A DNA stretch of 64,000 nucleotides from Candidatus Eiseniibacteriota bacterium (GTDB taxonomy: Bacteria > Eisenbacteria > RBG-16-71-46 > JABDJR01). Position numbers and translations under genes: made by a program. The number at the start of each line of letters is the position of its first letter. Position 1 is the first letter of the stretch. Of the stretch, positions 1 through 7,237 are shown one piece after another. Under the pieces are notes generated by a model. The model was not told the origin of the DNA, ran no database searches, and saw only the letters and a program-made list of their open reading frames with translations. Where the stretch lies: NCBI GenBank assembly GCA_963762255.1, contig CAVXKA010000001.1, positions 1,440,001-1,504,000 on the forward strand, in the 5' to 3' direction.

Positions 1-73
1 CGAGCCGACCCCGGTGCGCCGCGACGAGGAGGCCCCCGCGGCGCCGGCTCCCATGGAGGACTGGCTGCTCTGA
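1..73 (+). CDS. 3' end of a CDS entering from outside the window (…EAPAAPAPMEDWLL*)
   Basis: Open frame ending at TGA 71-73 with GC3-rich codons; too short to identify. Confidence 0.45.
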   Translation, partial: EPTPVRRDEEAPAAPAPMEDWLL

Positions 74-313
74 CGCCCTCGAATCCCGCCCTTCCGTGAT
101 CACGAAACATCGTTTATACTTCTGGCAGTTCGGTGGAAACGGTTTTTCGCGATCCTGGAGATTGTGAGGGAACCGTCTTTCGCCGAAGGCTCTAGTTAGG
201 GCGGTCCCTACCGGTGGAGGGATCCCGTCCAGGTGGCAAGACAAGACCGTCAACGTCCCAGACCGTCTTTTCTGTCCGTCCCCCCGTGAAGGCGGAGTCT
301 GGCCGACTGTCCT

Positions 314-691
314 ATGGAGCTCTCTGATATGACCTCCAAACGTTTAGGCATCCTGCTATTCATCCTGGCGTTCGCGTGGAGCGTGGTGGGGCTCGGCTGG
401 TTTGCAGCGCTGTCGGGCGCGGGGCCCGAATCCGGGTTGGGTGTTGGCGCGGCTCAAGCGGATCCCCCAGCGTGGGATCAACTGGTCACGCCGTACACCG
501 TTGACGGGGATCCCGACGCCTTCGCCAATAACTCCGGTGATCCCGACGCATTCACCCAGCCACCGTCTTCCAGCGACAGCACGAGTACCGCGGGGACGAG
601 TCCCGGTGTGACCTCCAACCGTGTGCCTCCCCTGCTTCGCGTGATCTTGGCGGCTGGTTCAGCGATCTCCGGGATCTTGGGTTGGAGTTAG
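314..691 (+). CDS. Small secreted/membrane pro-peptide-like protein with two GDPDAF repeats
   Basis: KR plus hydrophobic N-terminus, AQA-D signal-peptidase-like site, GDPDAF twice (506-523 and 536-553) with synonymous codon differences, Ser/Thr linker, hydrophobic C-terminal helix. Start could be ATG 329. Confidence 0.7.
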   Translation: MELSDMTSKRLGILLFILAFAWSVVGLGWFAALSGAGPESGLGVGAAQADPPAWDQLVTPYTVDGDPDAFANNSGDPDAFTQPPSSSDSTSTAGTSPGVTSNRVPPLLRVILAAGSAISGILGWS

Positions 692-758
692 CAGAACACA
701 GAATCCGGTTTGCCCGGCCGGGGCTCGCTGCCGGCTGGGCCTGTCGAGGGCCAACAGC

Positions 759-3700
759 GTGAACCGTTCGAACGAATCAGAACGGCGTCCCCGACGCGGT
801 GCCTCCGCGCTTGAGGGAGAGGTCTGGCAGGATCTCCCCGAGGCGGTGAAGTACGGGGACGTTTGTTACCAAGCGGAGCGCTTTGCCGATGCGCTGGAGG
901 CGTACGGCAAGGCTTTGGAGGCCTCCGCCAAGAACCGGGCGAACGCCCTTCCGGCCGAAGTGCGCGCGCGGCTGCACTACCGCATGGCCTCGTGCTACAT
1001 GCGTCGGGCCAGCTACCGCCAGGCACTCGAACAGCTCGATCTCTCCCGACAGGCCCTCCCTCGGCACCTCGACAAGATCCGCCTTGCCAAGATCTACGCG
1101 CGCCGCGGCTACATCCTCATAGAGATGGGGCAGTACGCTCGCGCAGAGCGGCATCTCGTCTGGAGCAAGAAGCTCCTGAGCGGAACCAACGAGCACGAGG
1201 AACTGGCCAACCTGGAAACCCATCTGGGGACGCTCTACGCGCGCGTGGGGCGGTCGGACGAATCGCGGCAGTCGTTCCTCAGCGCGCTGGCCACCTTCCG
1301 CCGCATCGGTGACCGCGAAGGCGAGGCCCGTTCGTTCAACAACCTCGGCCTTCATTACAAGAACGCTTGCGAATGGCGGGAGGCGGTGCGCTACCTCGAG
1401 GAGGCGCGCACGCTCTGGGGACGTCTCGGCCATCGCAAGTACCTGGTGGTCGTTCAACTCAACCTCGGCATCGTCCACTTCAAGCTCGGCAAGTGGGAGC
1501 TATGCGAAGAGAACCTTGCCGCCGGGGAGTCGCTTGCGCGGGAACTCGCCGAGAGCCAGCAGCTCGTGCGCATCCAGCTCGCGCAGGGCAACCTCGCGCT
1601 GCGGCGCTGTCGTTGGGACGAGGCGAAGCTGCTCTACAACCAGGCGCTCGACGTGGCGCGGACCGAGTCGTACGGCCGAGAATCGGTACTGGCTCAGGAG
1701 TTTCTGGGCGAGCTGCACTTCGAGCGAGCGGAATTCGAGGAAGCATCAACGCTTCTCGAAGCTGCCCTTGGGGCGGCGCGGGCGATCGCTCCCGAGGGCG
1801 ACCTGGTGAGCGAAAGTCTGCGTCGCTTGGCGGAGACCCGTCTGGCCCAGGGGCGCTTCCAGGAGGCGCTGGATCACGCCAAGGAATCGGCGGCTCTCGC
1901 CAGCCGCATGGGCGATCGCTACGAAGAAGCGGTGGCGTTGCGGAGCGTGGGCTTGGCCATGATTCGTCTGGGACGCCGCGACGAGGGCGAGCGACTTCTG
2001 CAGATGAGCCTCGATAGCCTGGGTGAGATTGGAGAGTCCTACCAGAAGGGCGCGACCCACTTCGCCTACGGTGTCTTCCTTGCCGAGTCGGCCATGGAAA
2101 CCCGGTCTACCCAGGAATTGGAGCAGGCCGGAGTCCATCTCCAGCGCGCCTACGGGGCATTCCTCGACCTCGATGCCCGTGTGCGAGCGGCCGATGCTGC
2201 GTACCGACGCGCGGCGCTTGAGAGCCACTTTCATCGCTTCGACGAGGCGGCGACCTTCCGCGGCAAGGCGCGGCAGGTCCTTCCCGCCGGCGCGGCCCCC
2301 GCCCTGGAAGAGAAACTGAACCGCCTGGGCTCCGAACTCGAGGACGCATTCGCGGAGCGCTGGCCTTCGGGAGGCGACGTTCTCGCATCGCTCCGCGAGA
2401 TGAAGCGATTGTTCCAGGGGGCGACCGACTCCGAAGCGGTGCTGAAGGAACTCATCCGCCTGGCGGTGACCCGCTCCGGTTCGACCCGAGGCTGCGTGGC
2501 CCATCTGGGCCGGAACGGGCGCGTGGAGGTCGTCGCCACGTTCGGCTGGACCCCGGCCGACGCGAAGGCGCTGATCGGCGCGCTGGGTGGCGCGCTTCGG
2601 GGCGCTCTGGACGACAACCGTCCGGTGTGGACCAACAACGCGGCCGAGGACGAACGATTCCGCCCGGTGGCCGGCGGGACACGTTTCGGGGTGAGCAGCC
2701 TGGTGCTCCTGCCTCTGACCCTCACCGATCAGGAGCCCGGCTTCCTCTACGTGGACAAGACCCCCGAGAATACCGAGGGCGCCTATCACCAGGGAGAGCT
2801 GCACCTTCTCACCATCCTGGCCAACCTCGCCGCGCTCTCGATCATCGAGCGGTGGAACTCGCGGTTGGTGAAGGAGAACGAGGAACTTCGGGCGCGCATC
2901 GCTCTGGGCGAGGGGGAGGATCGGTTCGTCACCGCGCACCCCGGGCTCAAAGAGACCTTGCGACTCGTCACGAAGGTGGCCAACAGCCCCGTTTCGATCC
3001 TCGTCGAAGGGGAGACGGGGACGGGCAAGGGACTGCTGGCTCAGATCATCCACGACGCATCCAACCGCCGCGACAAGCCCTTCGTCCAGATCAACTGCGC
3101 CGCGCTCCCCGAGCAGCTTCTCGAGAGCGAGCTCTTCGGGCACATGAAGGGTTCCTTCACCGGGGCGGCCTACAACAAAATCGGGCTTTTCAAGGAAGCC
3201 GAGAACGGCACCATCTTCCTGGACGAGGTGGACAAGACCACACTCGCCGTTCAGGCCAAGCTCCTTCACGTGATGGACTCGAAGGAAGTGCGGCCGGTCG
3301 GCTCGGTGAAGCCCTACCGAGTGGACACCCGCGTGATCTGCGCGACCAACTCGAACCTGCGGGAGAAGATCCGGGCAGGGGAATTCCTGGAAGACCTCTA
3401 CTACCGTCTCAACGACTTTATCGTCACGGTGCCGCCTCTGCGCGACCGGCGTGAGGATCTCCCCCTGCTTCTGGACTACTTCATAAAGAAGTTTTCCACC
3501 CAGTACGGGCGGCCGGAAATTCGCCTCTCGCCTGAGGTGAGTCGCGTGCTCCTCGATCACCACTGGCCGGGCAACGTGCGCGAGCTCGAGAAGACGATTC
3601 GCCGGCTGGTCGTGCTGGCGGACGAGGAACTTCCGGTTGGACTCGATCTTCTTCCGGTGGAGATTCAAACCGAGAAGTTAAGTTTCTCCGGGCAGACTCT

Positions 3701-3857
3701 GCGGGAAGAAGTTTCGCGCGTCGAACGCCGGGTCATCGCGGAGGGGCTGCGCGCCAACGACTGGAACAAGGCTCAGGTGGCCCGGGTGTTGAAGGTCTCC
3801 TACCCTTGTCTGCTCAAGAAGATCAAGGAGCATCACCTCAGTCCACCGGAGCGCTGA
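759..3857 (+). CDS. Sigma54-dependent enhancer-binding protein with N-terminal TPR array, GAF domain, AAA+ domain and Fis-type HTH
   Basis: About 540 aa of TPR-like helices (e.g. ARSFNNLGLHY, QLNLGIVHFKLGKW), GAF-like region (SSLVLLPL…GFLYVD), Walker A GETGTGKG, ESELFGHMKGSFTGA, Walker B FLDEV, DLYYRLN, WPGNVRELE, C-terminal NKAQVARVLKVS HTH. Confidence 0.93.
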   Translation: MNRSNESERRPRRGASALEGEVWQDLPEAVKYGDVCYQAERFADALEAYGKALEASAKNRANALPAEVRARLHYRMASCYMRRASYRQALEQLDLSRQALPRHLDKIRLAKIYARRGYILIEMGQYARAERHLVWSKKLLSGTNEHEELANLETHLGTLYARVGRSDESRQSFLSALATFRRIGDREGEARSFNNLGLHYKNACEWREAVRYLEEARTLWGRLGHRKYLVVVQLNLGIVHFKLGKWELCEENLAAGESLARELAESQQLVRIQLAQGNLALRRCRWDEAKLLYNQALDVARTESYGRESVLAQEFLGELHFERAEFEEASTLLEAALGAARAIAPEGDLVSESLRRLAETRLAQGRFQEALDHAKESAALASRMGDRYEEAVALRSVGLAMIRLGRRDEGERLLQMSLDSLGEIGESYQKGATHFAYGVFLAESAMETRSTQELEQAGVHLQRAYGAFLDLDARVRAADAAYRRAALESHFHRFDEAATFRGKARQVLPAGAAPALEEKLNRLGSELEDAFAERWPSGGDVLASLREMKRLFQGATDSEAVLKELIRLAVTRSGSTRGCVAHLGRNGRVEVVATFGWTPADAKALIGALGGALRGALDDNRPVWTNNAAEDERFRPVAGGTRFGVSSLVLLPLTLTDQEPGFLYVDKTPENTEGAYHQGELHLLTILANLAALSIIERWNSRLVKENEELRARIALGEGEDRFVTAHPGLKETLRLVTKVANSPVSILVEGETGTGKGLLAQIIHDASNRRDKPFVQINCAALPEQLLESELFGHMKGSFTGAAYNKIGLFKEAENGTIFLDEVDKTTLAVQAKLLHVMDSKEVRPVGSVKPYRVDTRVICATNSNLREKIRAGEFLEDLYYRLNDFIVTVPPLRDRREDLPLLLDYFIKKFSTQYGRPEIRLSPEVSRVLLDHHWPGNVRELEKTIRRLVVLADEELPVGLDLLPVEIQTEKLSFSGQTLREEVSRVERRVIAEGLRANDWNKAQVARVLKVSYPCLLKKIKEHHLSPPER

Positions 3858-3889
3858 CCCGGTACTCCGCCCCACATTCTCCGTGCTGT

Positions 3890-3969
3890 ATCAAATCCCT
3901 TTATAGCCTGAAACCCAGCAAAACGGCGGTATTTTCCCCTGCGGCGCCGAGGCGATAAAGAATGTTTAT
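3890..3969. promoter_or_regulatory. Pair of palindromic enhancer (UAS)-like sites, consensus ATAAA-N5-TTTAT
   Basis: ATCAAatcccTTTAT at 3890-3904 and ATAAAgaatgTTTAT at 3955-3969; AT-rich in a GC-rich background; 110-190 bp upstream of a -24/-12 promoter. Confidence 0.6.
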
Positions 3970-4077
3970 AGTGGCGACCTGGTACGCTTCCCGCAAGGCC
4001 GTCACCGCCCTACCCACCCGACGCGTAACTCGTTCCCGCAGGATGCATTAACAGTTGATCCGCGGACGGCGCCGTCC

Positions 4078-4094
4078 TTGGCACGGCCTCTGCA
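4078..4094 (+). promoter_or_regulatory. Sigma54 (-24/-12) promoter for the AAA ATPase transcript
   Basis: TTGGCACGGCCTCTGCA versus consensus YTGGCACGRNNNTTGCW (one mismatch); IHF-like TAA-N19-TTA at 4026-4050. Confidence 0.75.
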
Positions 4095-4253
4095 TATATG
4101 AGCCTGCGGAGGGGGGACCTCCGGAGCCGAAAGCCGTCGGGTTCCAAGCGCAACACGCATCGCAGCTCAGTTGTCCCTGCCGGACTTGGAACCCGATGGG
4201 TCGGCCCTCGTCTTCCGCGACCGAGGCGTTCACCAAGAAAGCGGGGGGGGATC

Positions 4254-5720
4254 GTGAGGCGCGAACGGACCGAAGCCTATCGCGATCAGTTCGAATACCT
4301 CGCGGACTGCTTCGACTTCATTCGCAAGCGTGGGGACGCCTACACCATCCGCACCGAGGCGCTGGAGAGCGAGCGGATGTCCCAGTACGGAGAGCGGAGC
4401 GGCTTCGACCTTGAGCGTAGCCGCCTCCTCAGCATCTACCACGGGATCGAGACCGAGGTGGCGCGCAAGGAAGAGGAAATCCACCGACGCCGGCAGGAGA
4501 CCGACGCGCTGGGGATCCACTTTCCCCTCGATACCTTTATCGAACGGTACAGGCTGCGTCCCGAAGAGACGCAGATTCTCCTGGTTCTCCTTCACAACGA
4601 GTCAGTCGGTCGAAGCCATGCGCGCTTCAGCTCCGGGAACGAGATCCTGAATCTCCTGTTTCCCAATCCGGTGAGCGCGTTGAAGGCTTCCTCGTTTCTC
4701 GATGTGGGGGCGACGCTCCTCGAGGAGGGGCTCATCAGGTCATTCTCCGATGACGAGGCCACCAACTTCTTAAGGGCTGCCTACGAAGTCACGGAGAAGA
4801 CCCTGCACGAGGTGTTGGGAGTCCGCGATCGCAGCGCGATCAGGGACCAGCAGCATGCTCCCCGCACTTCCAGCAGTCCTCTCGAGAGCCCTTTCCGGGT
4901 CGTCGCCCCCCGTGTTCGCCTCGAGCAGGTCGTGCTCCCCGAAGCGGTCCGCCAAGGCATCGAAGAAGTCCTGTGGCAGGCCGAGCAGGGGCAGGAGCTG
5001 TTTCGTGAGTGGGGTCTGGACGAGGTCGTGGAGAAGGGGCGCGGGACCATTGTGTTGTTCAGCGGCCTTCCCGGCACCGGCAAGACGATGACCGCCGAGG
5101 CGATCGCCGAGCGCCTCGGCCGTCCCCTCTACGTCGCCGACTACGCCCAGCTCGAGAGCAAGTGGATCGGCGAGACCGAGAAGAACATCGTGGCCGTGTT
5201 CCAGGCCGCGAGCCAGGCCGGGGCGGTTCTCCTCTTGGACGAGGCGGACGCCGTCCTCGCCGCTCGCCTTGACGGAGGCCACTACAACGATCGCGCGTAC
5301 AACCGCCAGGTGAGCATCCTGCTCGGCGAGATGGAGGCATTTCCCGGCACATGCATCCTCACCACCAATCGGGTGGTGACTCTGGACGAAGGATTGGCGC
5401 GGCGCATCGCGGCTAGCTTTGAGTTCACGATCCCGGAGGCGGGGGAGCGGTCGCGCATCTGGAAGGCGCTGCTCCCGGCCAGGGTGCCTCTGGCAGACGA
5501 TGTGGATCTGGATCAGTTGGCCCGACGGTTTCCAATGGCCGGCGGGCACATCAAGAATGCCGTCCTCACGGCGGTCCGCAAGGCGGGCCGGCGTGCGGGC
5601 CGGGGAGCGCGTGTAACGCAGCGGGATTTCATCGAGGCGGCGGCGGCCGAGCAAGACAGCTTCCGCCCGTGTTCCCGACCCATCGGGTTTCAGGAGGCTT
5701 CCTCCGCTTCCTACTCGTGA
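4254..5720 (+). CDS. AAA+ ATPase (SpoVK/Vps4-like, resembling Afp15/Pvc15-type ATPases) with a winged-helix-like N-terminal region
   Basis: VVLP…EWG…GRGTIVLFSGLPGTGKTMTAEAIA, SKWIGETEKN, LLLDEAD, LTTNR, LARRI. GTG 4254 after a G-rich RBS is preferred because ATG 4098 lies upstream of the predicted TSS. Confidence 0.9.
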   Translation: MRRERTEAYRDQFEYLADCFDFIRKRGDAYTIRTEALESERMSQYGERSGFDLERSRLLSIYHGIETEVARKEEEIHRRRQETDALGIHFPLDTFIERYRLRPEETQILLVLLHNESVGRSHARFSSGNEILNLLFPNPVSALKASSFLDVGATLLEEGLIRSFSDDEATNFLRAAYEVTEKTLHEVLGVRDRSAIRDQQHAPRTSSSPLESPFRVVAPRVRLEQVVLPEAVRQGIEEVLWQAEQGQELFREWGLDEVVEKGRGTIVLFSGLPGTGKTMTAEAIAERLGRPLYVADYAQLESKWIGETEKNIVAVFQAASQAGAVLLLDEADAVLAARLDGGHYNDRAYNRQVSILLGEMEAFPGTCILTTNRVVTLDEGLARRIAASFEFTIPEAGERSRIWKALLPARVPLADDVDLDQLARRFPMAGGHIKNAVLTAVRKAGRRAGRGARVTQRDFIEAAAAEQDSFRPCSRPIGFQEASSASYS

Positions 5721-6100
5721 GGTCTCGCTGCGTGACACCGCCGACGGCTCTTGGGCGGCGACAGGAAGCGGTGCCGGTGGACGCCGGCGCCGCCGGGACT
5801 TGCCGGATCGAGTGTCCGTGGTTCGGCAAGGCGTCGCGATACGGTGGGTTAGACCGAGATGGTTATCCCGTCGCAAGCGAGGTGCAAGAGAGAGGGGAGT
5901 GGGAGCACTAACGAGCGCAGGCTCCCGTTCCCAGCCATCCCTCCCGTCCATGACGGGCGGGGTTTCCGGTCAGGCGAGATGGACGCTTGCCGGAAAGTTG
6001 GAACCGTGAGGGTTCCGTTCGGGCATAGGCACTCGGCGCGCAGACCACACATGGGGATGTCCAGGCTCGTGCCGAAGTGAAAACCGAATGCTCGGACCTG
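5721..6100 (+). ncRNA. Candidate structured non-coding RNA / 3' element (at least 8 consecutive hairpins)
   Basis: Stems 5768-5793, 5799-5830, 5842-5873, 5895-5932, 5943-5957, 5963-5996, 6000-6016 and 6017-6097; mismatches are mostly G-U on the + strand; no convincing ORF. Confidence 0.55.
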
Positions 6101-6137
6101 CGCGACGTCGGAGGACACTCCGGCGTCGCGTTTTTTT
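6101..6137 (+). terminator. Rho-independent terminator
   Basis: cgcgacgtcggag/ctccggcgtcgcg 13-bp stem (one G-U) followed by T7. Confidence 0.88.
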
Positions 6138-6231
6138 GTGCCGCGCGGTCGCGGGCGCTGGGCTCGACCGGTTCAGGGCGTTGCCCGCCGAGCGCTTGAC
6201 CTGCTCGCCCCCGCCCGTCGATAGTGGATGC

Positions 6232-7077
6232 ATGACGGTTTCATCCGACGAACCCGCGCACCGCGCATTCCCCGGCTTTGGCCAGGCGATGCTCCTCGTC
6301 GTCTTCATCTGGCTGGCTATCCTCTTCGTCGCAGTCGCCGCCACGGTTGCGCAGTCACTGCGGGCGGGCCAAGTGGAGATGCCCTCCGAGGCGACCCTCC
6401 TTCTTGTCGCCAATACCGCGGGGTTCTTCCTGATCACCGGCCTCGGCTGGCGGTACACCGGAGCGAGGTTCGGCGAGGTGTTTCCCCTGCGCCGGTTCGA
6501 TCCTCGGCTCCTGGCCCCTGTGTTCCTGTTCACCCTGGGAAGTGTGGCCGTCCTGTCGCAGGTCGATTCCGTGCTCCGACTGCTCCCTGCCCCTGACTGG
6601 TGGAACGCGCTCCTGCGCACGATCGATGAGACCATGTTAGACCTGATCCGCGAGTCGTACTGGGCCGCCGCGATCGCCCTGGTGGTGATGGCGCCGGTCA
6701 CCGAAGAACTCTTCTTCCGAGGGCTGGTGCTCCGCGGATTCCGCCTGCGCTATTCCAGGAAGAAGGCGATCGTCCTCTCCGCGCTTCTTTTCGCCATCAC
6801 CCACCTCACCCCGAACCAGTTTCTCTCCGCGTTCGCGATCGGGCTCTTCCTCGCCTGGATCGTGCTCGAGACTGGAAGCCTCTGGCTCGCGCTCTTCGTT
6901 CACGCGGTGGCGAATGGATCCGGCGTGCTCGCGGCGGGCGCGGGGATGATGGTGCCGTCCGGCGCGGAGCAGCCGGAACTCCTGCCGTGGTGGACCACGC
7001 TGGCGGGTCTCGCGGCCCTCGCCGGCGGGTGGCGGTGGCTGCGTCATCTGCTCCCGTCGCGCTCCCCCGCGATGTAG
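6232..7077 (+). CDS. CPBP (Abi/CAAX type II) intramembrane metalloprotease
   Basis: APVTEELFFRG, FAITH and HAVAN motifs; multiple TM helices; TTGACC-18-GATAGT promoter ending 6 nt before ATG 6232. Confidence 0.9.
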   Translation: MTVSSDEPAHRAFPGFGQAMLLVVFIWLAILFVAVAATVAQSLRAGQVEMPSEATLLLVANTAGFFLITGLGWRYTGARFGEVFPLRRFDPRLLAPVFLFTLGSVAVLSQVDSVLRLLPAPDWWNALLRTIDETMLDLIRESYWAAAIALVVMAPVTEELFFRGLVLRGFRLRYSRKKAIVLSALLFAITHLTPNQFLSAFAIGLFLAWIVLETGSLWLALFVHAVANGSGVLAAGAGMMVPSGAEQPELLPWWTTLAGLAALAGGWRWLRHLLPSRSPAM

Positions 7078-7208
7078 CGCCGCCGCTACAAGCGCGTCCC
7101 CCTGACCACGGTTGCCGCATCCGCTCGACGCGCCCCCGCGCAGCCTCCTCGCCCCCTTAATCCATGGAAGACAAAGGGTTGAGTAGTCGGCCGAACCCGG
7201 CGAATCGA

Positions 7209-7225
7209 TTGGCACCCTGCTTGCG
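7209..7225 (+). promoter_or_regulatory. Sigma54 (-24/-12) promoter
   Basis: TTGGCACCCTGCTTGCG; IHF-like element at 7158-7181, 28 bp upstream. Confidence 0.8.
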
Positions 7226-7237
7226 TTATGGGGGGGC

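Noticed and set aside
172-281. Short ACCGTC/CCGTC direct repeats upstream of the peptide gene
   Set aside because: Short, irregularly spaced and GC-rich; cannot be distinguished from chance by eye.
4048-4236. Antisense 62-aa ORF containing RPIGFQ, the same peptide as the ATPase tail
   Set aside because: Explained by the nucleotide inverted repeat; TTG start, no clear RBS, and it overlaps the sigma54 promoter. Not called as a CDS.
4098-4253. N-terminal extension of the ATPase from ATG 4098
   Set aside because: This ATG lies upstream of the predicted TSS and the extension is low-complexity and Arg-rich; GTG 4254 is preferred.
5721-6100. Possible RNase P, tmRNA, SRP RNA or CRISPR array
   Set aside because: No GAGGAAAGUCC, no tRNA-like CCA end, no SRP GGAA/AGCAG loop, and the hairpins are not repeats separated by spacers.
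5669-6118. Short ORFs (69-89 aa) overlapping the hairpin array
   Set aside because: No convincing RBS, GC3 bias or recognisable motifs; better explained as structured RNA.
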